This document shows, piece after piece, positions 36,296 through 47,911 of a DNA stretch of 64,000 bases. The stretch's first letter is position 1. The number at the start of each line of letters is the position of its first letter. Source of the DNA: Hamiltosporidium tvaerminnensis FI-OER-3-3 (Eukaryota; Fungi; Microsporidia); assembly GCA_022605425.2 (NCBI GenBank), contig JAKIMF020000004.1:372001-436000 (forward strand), given 5' to 3'. The translations under genes were made by a program, and so were the position numbers. The notes under the pieces were generated by a model. That model ran no database searches. It had not been told where the DNA came from and saw only the letters and a program-made list of their open reading frames with translations.

Positions 36296-37619
36296 TCGTT
36301 TTAATATATTTATAACATAATATTTTAGCCAAAAAAATCAGAGTAAATTTAATTCAGACTTTTGGGAAATGATCTCATTGCAATACTTTATTGTGGAAAA
36401 ATCTAAAAAAGGCACATTGTTTTTGTTCATTAAGTGTGCAATTTCACAATCATCAGTATTAAAAGATTGGATGGAAAAATCATTTCAATATTTTTTTCAA
36501 ATTCCATGGACTTTTCAAACAGAATTTATGATTTAGTTTAGCCTCAGTTTACCGAAGAATTTACAAAAAATTTTCTATTCATAAATTTGCAAATTTTTAA
36601 CGACTACTGTATTTAAAAGATACGAACATTCAAAACACATATTCTGAAGTATAGGTTTTATTTATTTTTTTAATTTATACCCTATTTCACTGATTTCCAA
36701 AAAAACACAATCCACTTAAAGTACAACAAGCAATGTTGATCGTTATTGGTTTTTTTATTTTTGTAAGAAAATTATACAAAATAAAATCCTTATTGGCCAC
36801 TTAAATTTAAAAATATTAAGTAAAAAACATCATTCGGTTTACCAAATTTAAATTATCTAAATTTTCTTAAATATCAAAATAGAATGTAAACTAAAATAAT
36901 TTATAGATATATTCAATTTATATCTATATATAACTTGGGTTTCACTGTATATATGTAATAAGACAAGTATACAATAGGTAGAGAGTAACAAGAAACAGTC
37001 AAAACCCCTTTTTTTATTCGGCGAAAAAAGAAATTTTTTTTAAAGTGCAAATAATTTTATTGGAAGCTGAAAAAAGATATTTAGATGCAATACACCAGCG
37101 AAGAATTCTGGCCATCATTTAATACACATGCTAATGAGGAATGGGATTTTAAAGAATGATAACCAAAATAAATGACCTCAAGTTTAGATAAAATTATCGA
37201 AATCAAAGAAAAATCCGAAATAAAATATGGTGACAAATTTAAAGGACTGGCAAATAAAACGTGTAAATAAAAATTATAAAGCAAATAATATCAAACGAGA
37301 AAAATAAAAAAAATGATTTTATTTCTCATTGATATGTGATCTAATTTTCAACCTATAAAAATCATAATCCAAGTGCTATTCACGAATTAAAACACGAAAA
37401 CATATATCAAATCAATATTTTTCACTTTATCAATATTCTAAAGTATTCGTTCATTTTAGAGATCAACTTACAATCAGCTTCAACCACAAATACATTATAA
37501 ACCTTATTAAAAAAACGTGAGATAATTTATTGGAAAATAATAAAGATATGGATTAACAAATAAACATTTTTCCCCCTAATCAAAGAAGTATAAATACAAA
37601 TTTATATTTTGGCTTTATT

Positions 37620-39431
37620 ATGTTCATAGAAATGGAAAGAACAAGCCTTAAAAAATGTGGATTTTTTTCATTTTTCAAGAAATGTGAATTTGAGATGTGT
37701 TTTTATGATGGTAATAAAATGCATTCTTTAAAATTGAATGTAGGAAAGGCATATATAGGGTATGTATGCAAAACCACACAAGAAAATTTTAAAATTATTT
37801 TCAAAATAGATGGTAAATTAGAAGACAGTTATACCTTTAAACCAATTAGAGGTAGATTTATACTTAAAATCAAAAATGATTTTTTCTATGGAAATGTTTA
37901 TGTATTCTCGACACAAAATTCTATGTTTCATGAATTGGAGTGCAAAAAAATAAGAAAAAATCCATTTTCGAAAATTCCATTTGTTAAAACGATAGAAATC
38001 TGCTCTCCTGTGATAGAGAGATTTTTGCTTTACGATGGAAGATTTTATTTTGTAAACAAAAAAACTTTAAAATCATTTTGGTCTGAAAAGAATGAGTTTG
38101 TAGCTGTTGCATTGCCGGCGAATTGGGAGGAAAATTTTACCAAAAATGGAATTCCTTATTACATAAACCACGATTATAGAATTACAACATGGGTGAGGCC
38201 ATATTCATTTTATTTTGTCGGTAAAATAGAAGGTAAATTAAAGAGGTATAAAATTTTATCGAAGAAAAAGAGGGAATATTTTAATTTAAGAAGATCGAGA
38301 TTGAATATTATAGCAAGACGCGGTTTCTTAATCCAATCAACTGCTGGACAAATTATTGGTGCACAAGTGGCTGATTTAATGAAAGATATTCACATTTATT
38401 TTATTGATGAACCAGGTGAGGATTATGGTGCGTTATTGAGAGAATATTTTTATGAAACAAGTTTCGAAATTGCTCAAGATTACAGAATGCAAGAAGTAGA
38501 AAATATTTTTGATGTATTACCTTTAAACACTTCAAATAGTGTAGACAATTCTTATATTCCACCCACGAATATTGAAGCTGTCAAGAAAACATATTTTAAT
38601 TATGAGTCCGCTGAACCAGAAAATCCATTTTTCGAAAATATAGAAAACAAAGGTAAAAATTGTTTAGATGATAAAAGTTTTTTTAAGTTTGTTGGAATTT
38701 TTTTGGCTCTTGCTATCGAACACCAGAAAAATATCGGAGTCAATTTTTCATTAGCGTTTTATGAAAATATTTTACAAAGAAATTTCACCATATCACATAT
38801 ACAAGACATACAATTTCAGTCTTCAATGGTTTGGTTATTAGAGAATGATTACGATTTATCTAGTGAAGATGTAGATGTGAATAAAAATTCAGAGTCAATA
38901 TCTCCTGGAAACAATAGACAAATTCAAAATAACAGGAAGGACTATGTGACGTCATTGATTTCGAAATGCTTTTATAAATCAAAAATTTCTAGTTATGAAA
39001 GCATTAGAAATGGATTCTATTATGTCTGCGTTCCAGAATTTTCGGAGATATTTAATTGCTACGATTTACTTTATATTTTACACGGCAACGAAACCGTTAC
39101 ACCTGCATTAATCAAACAAAATCTCGTCTTTACTAACTGTACTAACTCAACAAAAGAAATAATTTATCTTTTAAAAATTTTAGATAAAAAAAATGAAAAA
39201 TATTTACGAAAGTTTTTAAGCTTTGTAACGGGGACCGGTACTGTATTATTTAATGCCATCAAATTCGGAAAGTTTACGATATATATTGAACAAGAAAATA
39301 AAAAAATATCATTGATTCGAGCATCTTCTTGTATAAATAAACTTTATATCGGAAAATACGATTCGTTGGAGCAATTTGAAGGCATAATAGATTTTTGCTT
39401 GTACAACACCGAAGGTTTTCATAAAATCTGA
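37620..39431 (+). CDS. WW-HECT E3 ubiquitin ligase (divergent Rsp5/NEDD4 family)
   Basis: WW domain LPANWEENFTKNGIPYYINHDYRITTWVRP; HECT motifs FIDEPGEDYGALLREYF, FKFVGIFLALAI, FLSFVTGT, catalytic RASSCINKL and C-terminal TEGFHKI. Confidence 0.93.
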   Translation: MFIEMERTSLKKCGFFSFFKKCEFEMCFYDGNKMHSLKLNVGKAYIGYVCKTTQENFKIIFKIDGKLEDSYTFKPIRGRFILKIKNDFFYGNVYVFSTQNSMFHELECKKIRKNPFSKIPFVKTIEICSPVIERFLLYDGRFYFVNKKTLKSFWSEKNEFVAVALPANWEENFTKNGIPYYINHDYRITTWVRPYSFYFVGKIEGKLKRYKILSKKKREYFNLRRSRLNIIARRGFLIQSTAGQIIGAQVADLMKDIHIYFIDEPGEDYGALLREYFYETSFEIAQDYRMQEVENIFDVLPLNTSNSVDNSYIPPTNIEAVKKTYFNYESAEPENPFFENIENKGKNCLDDKSFFKFVGIFLALAIEHQKNIGVNFSLAFYENILQRNFTISHIQDIQFQSSMVWLLENDYDLSSEDVDVNKNSESISPGNNRQIQNNRKDYVTSLISKCFYKSKISSYESIRNGFYYVCVPEFSEIFNCYDLLYILHGNETVTPALIKQNLVFTNCTNSTKEIIYLLKILDKKNEKYLRKFLSFVTGTGTVLFNAIKFGKFTIYIEQENKKISLIRASSCINKLYIGKYDSLEQFEGIIDFCLYNTEGFHKI

Positions 39432-42400
39432 TAATAAGAAATTCTTGTGTTTATAAATAATAATTAATTTAATAAATTTTTAACTTTTTTATATTTGAAC
39501 TTGAGAAGTATTCCAAAAACATATTTATTATCAATATTTAGCTTAAATTCGAGTATTTTCTATTTTAAAATCTACTAATATTTACCCGGATGCTATATGT
39601 ATCTTGAATTGCTTATTGACTATTTTAATGGTTTTAATTTCATTTTTTTTTATAAGGCATATGAATCTTTTTCAAAACCTCAAAAAATAAATTTGCTTTT
39701 TTGCAAATAGAAAAAAAAGAATTGATATGAAGTTATTTCTTAAAATAAAACACGTTTAAAGTTGCTTTTTATTTACTTTTTTGTATTTCAAATATCTAAC
39801 ATATTAAAAAATAAAATATAATATAATATTGAAATACATTCACGAAATCCATAATATTTTTTTCAATTTGACTTTCTTTGCTTAAGTATTTTTTGTTTGA
39901 TGTTTCAATTCATATTTTGCAGAGAAAGAAATCTATGTTTTTGTTGAATTTTTTCTTAAAAATAAGTTGATTATGAAAAACATGCCATCATAAACATTAC
40001 AGGTATTCATAAAATACATTATAATTCCCTCCCAAGATTATCGAAATCTGAAAATATGACTTTATAAAGAACTGGTCGTGAGGATTTCTATAAAAGTAAA
40101 ACATAGTACGGATGATATAAAATCATCCTGGAAGTATTCCAGATTAGAAGAGTGTTACATATAAAAATTTCCATCTAAAATATTTTTGTTTATACTAAAA
40201 TAGAAAAAGATTATATAGAAATTCATTAGAAATTTCTTAGCTTGGGAAAACAAATAGAGAACTCGTTTAAACATTTTAATTTGCAAATATTATAGCTTAT
40301 AAAATGCCAAGGCGATGTATTCGATAACCACAAACTTTCGGTGAGATAATATCTGGATAAACTTTTTCATATTCAGAAGTTGTTGAGAGATATCATAAGC
40401 ATTGAATAATTTTTACCGTCCTTAATCTACAGCAAGTTCATAATTGTGTACCATTAAGATAAAAGCAGCAGCAAGCGTTTTGAACAGCTTAACCCATTAT
40501 TTCAAAAAAAATCACATTTTGATGGATTGCAAACGGACATAATAAAAGTATTTATAAACTAAAAATGCTTAAAATATCAATAACTACTACATTTCAATAA
40601 TTTCAGAAAGAAAAAAGCTTGTTAGAACTCAGGAGAAATCTAGAGATATAATCAGAATTTTTTTTTTAATCTAGCAATTCATAAAATATATAAAAGAAAA
40701 GATAAATGTATTTATCAAGAGGAATCGGGCATAATTACATATATACATCAATTGAGGTAATAAATAGAGCTCTGGTTGTAGCATTTAGAATCCATAGTGT
40801 TAAAATATCTTTAAGGCTGGGATAATGTAATCTATTAAGATAAATATTTAAGCTCTATGATAAAAAGAATATCTAGAAAACGCAGGTTCAAATAAAATGA
40901 TGAAATCATATAATATAGGGTATATCATTCTAATAAATTTGCAGAAATCAACTTACTCTGATCTTTTCGGTTAAAAATCGAGAATGTTTTCTGGCTTGTA
41001 TAAAAATGAACCTATAACTACAAATTTTTTTTGTCTAAAGCCCAATTTGGTGTATATAAGGGTATTATACATTTCTTTAGCAATATGAACATCAAAAAAA
41101 CAAAATGATTTGCCTTTGCCAAGAAAAGTTCTTGAAGATTTGCCGGAAACTGGAAATAAGGTTTTATTGGTTTAGATAAATACTTAAGTTTGCGACTCGG
41201 ATTAAATCTAATGTACTATACTAATAAACTATGGATTCTCGACAACACAAAGGAATATTAAGGTCTTATTTCGTAACTAAACTGTTTATACATTCGAGAT
41301 CGTTTTTTGCACTTATAAAGCTCAATGTTGGATCTTCGATCTTTTTTTCATTCGCTATGCTTATGGTTATTTGTATTTTGTAAGAAAAAAAACGATACGA
41401 AGGTTTGATAAAGAGCTAAAGGAGGAATTGGGGTTGATATTTGTATTTTAGACTACAAAAATTTTATAATTATGATTTAAAGAGAATGCTTAAAATATTT
41501 TCTTTGGTATCGGAACTGGTAATGTTTTTAGAATTTTTTCGACATTAAATAGTAAAGTATATTCATTATTTAAAAAGCTTATAAATTCTATTTTTAATTT
41601 ATAAGAATCAAATTTCTGTTTTTTAAATATAATTTAATTAGCAAAGAATTTATATGCAAATTTAAATTTAGGATGAAAAATTGTTACGAATTCATTGCAC
41701 CTTTTTCGTTTTTATTAAATAAAAAAATATTATTGAAAATTTTAAGAGAGCATACAAATTGTTTATAAGATAAATTAAATACTATGTAAACGAAAAATGC
41801 AGTTATATTCTTTACAAATAAATCCGATCTCTAAGAGATTAGAAATAAATTAAAGTAAAATATTTGAATTGATTTTAGTTTATGCAATATTTGATAAAAT
41901 AATAAAAAAACGAATATATATTTGTATAAATAAATATATTTAGAGATATGTTGCGTATAATGTCATTTTAATTTTTAATTTAAATTTTATGATTTAATTT
42001 TTAAATTTTTTTGCACAAAAAATAAAAATAGTATATTTAATCAAAAATAAAAACCAAACTACTTCAATTGAAATAAATCAATTGCAATTTCAATAATTTT
42101 AACGGGTTGTTAAGATTTTCCAAAGTTATCTAAAATTTATGGATTAATACTTGTAAACTGAATTTTTAGTTTTATTTCATTTTATATAAGCTTTTTTTTT
42201 AAATGCAAATTTTCAACTTGATAAAGTAAAACGTGTGTTCTTACTGCGATAAAACCCTAAAGGGAGATTCAACATTAAATTTATTTAAAATATGAATAGA
42301 TTTTATTCTTATTGCTTATTTACTGATATCTAGGAAATATTTTAGTTAAAAATATAATATTTACAGGTAAAGTATACAACATCATACCTTAACATTAAAA

Positions 42401-44252
42401 AAAGCAATCCTAAAAATAGATTAGAGTCAAAAACTAGGTAATTCATTAAATTTAAATAGTTCTGCATTTCATCAAAGCGAGTGAATAGGTTAAAAAAGGC
42501 ATATTGATCAATAAATGAATCAATTATATTTATAAAGCTTTCTAATTTGTAGATTAAAAATATTTAAATCTCAGATAAAATTTTCATTTGTTTCAAACGA
42601 TGACAGAATATAATAGTGAATTTTTACATCAACGATTCGGAATATAAAGATCATTATATCACTTTTGGAATCAAATAGAGCATTTTAAATATATTCTAAA
42701 ATGTCATATAAGCCTTTTCGCAAGAAATATAAGTCTAATTTCAAAAAATAGATAATTTCCGAGTTGTTTTTCTACATCTTAGATTTTGAAAAGGCTGTTA
42801 GTATATTATCCTACAAAGTAAAGTGATCAAAAAAACATCCTGAGGTCCTTTTGACGGACCATAACAGATAATTCTTATATATTATATAAAATCGTAACAT
42901 AAATATCACTTAAAACAACTTGATTCAAAATTGAAAGTGTTATTCGTTTCATCAGCTTAACTATAATCATACATCGAATATCTTCTCAAAAAAATTATTA
43001 CAATTTTGAATTTAGAAATTAAAAGTTATAAGTTTTAACGATTAATAATAATAATATTTCATCATAAAATGTAATCTTGGTAAATACAGGTTTATCATAC
43101 TAAATGTTTATCGCATACATAATTAATTATCATAAAAAATATAGATATCTTACTGAATAAGTTTTATGAGTTAAAGGGTGAGGAAATATCTAGTGGTCTA
43201 TTATATAAGATATGAAATATATATTTCGAATCGGTTATTCTTGCTCAAATCACGTATTTTCTAAAGAAGAAAAACAATATTTAATATTGCATACTTTAGA
43301 GATAACCTCAATTGCGCCTCGACTAATGAAAAAAAACAAAATTAGATTTATTAAAAGTTATAATTATGTATTTCTAAATACACGCCTTCTTTTCGTTGGA
43401 AAGTATAAGTAGAAATATTAAATCTCATCAGAATGCATCTAATACAATTATAGCTCTTACAATGAATCAAATGACTTTGGATATGACAGAATGAAAAAAA
43501 TTCATTTTTATAATAATTAGCCAAGAATTTTTTATGAATAAGAACCAACGTAAATCTCTAATTAAAACATTCATGCATTTATTTTTTAACATTGCAAATT
43601 TTGATCAAAAAACCTTAGCGAATTGTTATGAATCAATTTTAAACTGATTGTGTTTATTTCCATAATTAGTAAAAACCATAGATTTTGCAATATATTCAAT
43701 AATGTTTGAAGAAAATATTGCAAAGTCTAGTTAATAAATTTCAGTGTTTAAATCGGAAATACAGAATAATTTGTTTTGAGCTTTTTAAAAATATTGCTAC
43801 TATTTTAATGTTTTTAAAGAAAAAAATTGATTATGTCTGAATAACAAGAAACACACGGAATTAAAATAACAACCTTTGAACGTATTGAAATTATTTAAAA
43901 CTATAAAACCTTATTTAACCTATACAAGACCACTCTAGGAATCTATTTTATTTTAAGAAATAAAGCAGCAAAAGAATCTAATTTTTATTAGGATAGGAAG
44001 CAATTACGGATTCGTAATTCCATTCTATTCTGAGCAAAAATATTCAAAATACAAAATATTAACGAACATTTAAAAAAATTATGATATACAACACAAATAG
44101 GATATTCGAATCTTTTTTATTTGTGTTCTTTAATCTTTATTTTGCAAATCTATTAAATGTCTATTTTAGTCACACTTTTAGACATATTTCTAGTTCTTCC
44201 TTGTCACTCAATTCATTCTAATTTGTAAAAAAAATTCATAAAAAGACCCTAA

Positions 44253-44828
44253 ATGGATTTAGAAAATACGAACGAAAGTGTTAAAAATGTATTGAACATA
44301 ATATTTATACTAACAAATAATGCGGAAGATCTTTATCTTACAGAGGATAATATACCTCGTGTAATTCCTAAACAAAATATAGATTTATATCAAATAATGA
44401 ATAAATTTATAAGACTTAACAAATTTGAGAATTATTTAGAATTCTTTGAATCCATTGAAACAATAAAATATGGAAAATTTAATTCTTCTCTTATTTTTTA
44501 TAAGATGAAATTTTTAGAACAAACATTTGAAGAAAAATTTTATGATTTTAAAAAAATTATAGAATCTGTAAAACATTTTAAAAAAAATAAATTAAAGAGA
44601 AAATATTTTAATAAAGAAATTTATGATTGTATAATACGATGTAATGATTTTATAGGGAATGGTATGATAAAAGATGTATATATTGGGCCCTTTAAACTTG
44701 CATTGATTCATAAAAAATATAATAATTTAAAATTATTTGATAAGTTAATGAATGAAGCACTCGGTGTCGCAAAAATGTGTGATAATTCAAAAGGAGTAGA
44801 AATGTGTAGGAAACACTTGGAAAATTAA
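44253..44828 (+). CDS. Hypothetical protein (191 aa)
   Basis: Intact ORF with ATG preceded by GACCCTAA (CCC motif); protein-like composition; no recognised motif. Confidence 0.7.
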   Translation: MDLENTNESVKNVLNIIFILTNNAEDLYLTEDNIPRVIPKQNIDLYQIMNKFIRLNKFENYLEFFESIETIKYGKFNSSLIFYKMKFLEQTFEEKFYDFKKIIESVKHFKKNKLKRKYFNKEIYDCIIRCNDFIGNGMIKDVYIGPFKLALIHKKYNNLKLFDKLMNEALGVAKMCDNSKGVEMCRKHLEN

Positions 44829-46215
44829 AAATTTTGACTTTATAAGATATATAAAGCAAGACCTGAGATCTATTGTTAAAAATACTCTAAAAGTTTAAAT
44901 GAATGCTATTTATTTTTAAACATTATTTAAATTGTTGAAATACAATAATCAGAAGTTAATTTGTATTTTAATACTTTTTTTAAATCAATAAAGAAATATT
45001 TTTTCCTTTCTATTTTAAACCGACTCATTGAAATATATTTAAAAATTATGAAAAAAAATTTTGCCAACAAAATTTTCACCAATATATTAAATAGAAATAA
45101 ATTAAACTAGAAATTTGTATTTATTTTCTTAGCTTTTATTACTGTAAAAATAACTAAGAATCTTATTTTCTAGATAACTAGATTTCAAGCCGTAGAAATG
45201 AACTATATTACATTCAACAAAAAATGAGCTCACATTTTCGTTAACTTGTTTGGCTTGTACTTTGACTATGAAATCTGAAAATATCTGAGTATGCCTTTAA
45301 ACCCTGCACAGTCTATTTAGTCATATAATTTTTCAATATTTCAAATTTGCCTCTTAATCGATCCTATACAGTTTCCTAATTAAATTTATAAATCGTTTTT
45401 AATTTGCACAATTTCCTCCTCTGTTCTTTTTATTTTTATATTTTTGTAAGCTATAAATTATATTTCTTGTTTTTTAGGTTTTTTTATTTGTTTATATCAA
45501 ATCCTGCCTACATTTTGTAAACCTTCAGGCATGTGAAGCTTTGTATTTTTCGAACAAAAAAATCTTTAAATAGATTATCTATATGTTAATTTAATAATTT
45601 CATAACTTTCTTGTTCTTTTTATTAAGATCTTTCAATTAAACTTACTTACTTATTCAATTCCTTTTTTACTTTTTGGTGTAGAAGATTTCTAAATGTAAA
45701 TTTTCCATCTGTTTCGTTCAATCTGTATTAACTCGAGATTATGGAGGATTAGCCTATAGATCCCGTGTAGTGTATATCCTACCAAAATTGTAGCAATGGT
45801 TTTAATACGATTTGCATATACATACTCATTACCAAGCAGATAGTTTTTAATGTAGTTGTCTTCCCGCCACCTCTTTTAATTAAATCTAGCATAATGTCCC
45901 ACGATATTATTCGAAGGATAGTTTTTTCCTGAATTATCATCCCGAATACAATTAACTTAATGATAAAAGGTTGTTCGACATTATTTCTTTAGGGAGGTTT
46001 TTTTAGGTAAAACGATTTACAAACTCTTAAAAATTCGCTCTAAAGTCCAGGTTTCTTTGGACTCAGTAGAACTAAAAAGGTAAAAAAAATATTCGGCCAT
46101 GTTATTATGGATTCTTCTGCAATTCTCATGATTTTTGAAGCAACAGATAGTGCGAATGTTTTTTTAAAGAAATTAGACGGTTGGGGATGTCTTAAGTTCT
46201 ATTTCAGGATTGTAT

Positions 46216-46347
46216 TATTGGTTTTGAAGGATCTATTAAATTCCTGTAAGACTCGAATTTTTAATCGAAACACTAGTATTAGTTTTGAAGGATCTATTAA
46301 ATTCCTGTAAGACTCGAATTTTTAATCGAAACACTAGTATTGGTTTT
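46216..46347. repeat. 61-bp tandem duplication
   Basis: GTTTTGAAGGATCTATTAAATTCCTGTAAGACTCGAATTTTTAATCGAAACACTAGTATT starts at 46221 and 46282. Confidence 0.93.
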
Positions 46348-46505
46348 TAAATTTTTAACACAACTTAAAAATTTCGCTTGCGTTGTGGTCGTCGTTTTAC
46401 TCGATTAGATTATAGATCTCTTATGATATACAATAATCTAAAATTTTTTTAAACAAATTAAAATTTTAGAACAAAAAAATTAAATAGGCTTATGTTATTT
46501 TAAAA

Positions 46506-47180
46506 GGTGGAGATAAGACAACCATATTAAAATCCATCGAATTGGCAATAATATTGTGGCATAACGATATAAATTTTTAAATTGATGGTAATGTAAAAAC
46601 AACACTGTATTTTCGATTGTTCCATGAGAATTCGTAAAAGTAAATTACTTCTACAAAATAGTTGAAATTTTCCTACAAAGTTTTTTTAGGTTTTTTATGT
46701 GCTAGATTGCAAATACGACTAACACTCCACGTAATTACTATGTAAAGGCATTGATAATAGCTTGGCTCATTCAAGTTTGAAATCTGACTCGTCGAAGATG
46801 TAAAAAACCTATAGTTTACAAAGCAAAGAATCCCAAGTGGCTGTAATAGATGTCGGTATGACATTACAACTACAAAGAGCTTCAATATCAGTCTTCTATA
46901 ATCTACTGGCTGTTGGCCTAATTGGTTCAAAAACAATTATAAGGGAGAATTATGTTAATCTTAGAAGAGCCTAAGTTAGGTTAAAATCCGAGATAACGTA
47001 TCAAAAACAAACATTAAAGAAACCCGGGCAACTTTTCCACCAATTGACTTATTTTATTTATCATATTAGAAAGCATTTGTAGGTATAATAAACGATTTGT
47101 CATGTGCTATGGGAAATCGTTATTAATATAAAACCAGAACTTAGTTAATGTCCTGTAAACAAGTAACATATGTAACTTTT
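46506..47180 (+). repeat. Family A element, old diverged copy A3
   Basis: Colinear anchors: GGTGGAG..CAACCA, TTGGCAAT, TTGTTCCATGAG, TAGATTGCAAA, TATGTAAAGGCAT, GGTATGACATTAC, CCCGGGCAAC, GTTAATGTC.TG.AAACAA. Confidence 0.8.
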
Positions 47181-47911
47181 TCAAAACATATTAAATCCTT
47201 TGATTAAAAGTTATAAAATATGATATTGTTATGAAAGAACAAAATAGCATAATAAATTTATAGAATTTTAACCATAGAATGTTTACTTAACTTTCATACA
47301 ACTTTAGAAAAAAAATATCTTCTAATACTTTTCAAATTACACTAATCTTTTTTTTTATTGTTTTTTCATATAAATCTATCTTATATGAAAAAAACAATAA
47401 AATATTATTTTTGCAAGCGAAGAAGGAGATTTAATCTTCACTATAATTTATATTTGATGTGAATGAATGACAATATGGTATTATAAACACATTATGATAA
47501 AAATTCGTAATAAATTTCAAATATAAACCACTGTAGAATGTATACTTAATTGGTAAAATAATATATCTCTTTGAACGAGAACTTCCTGTTTAGTATTTAC
47601 CAATAATTTAAAGAAACAAAACGAAATATAAAAGATCAAAACATAAATAAGACAGATAAGGATCCGAAATACGATTTTTATTATATAACCAGCAAAAAAT
47701 CTTTACAAACTTAACGTAATATAGATGGATAACTTATGAGCAGAAATCAAATAATTAATTCTTTTCTAATCTAAGAATAATTTAAATCATTCTAAAGGAA
47801 TATATTTTTCTTTTAAATTGCAAAAAAATGTTTAATCGAACAAAAAATAATTTTTTTGATTTCTGATAAAAACGTTAAAAATGTATTTAACCCGAGAAAT
47901 TAATTATCTAG

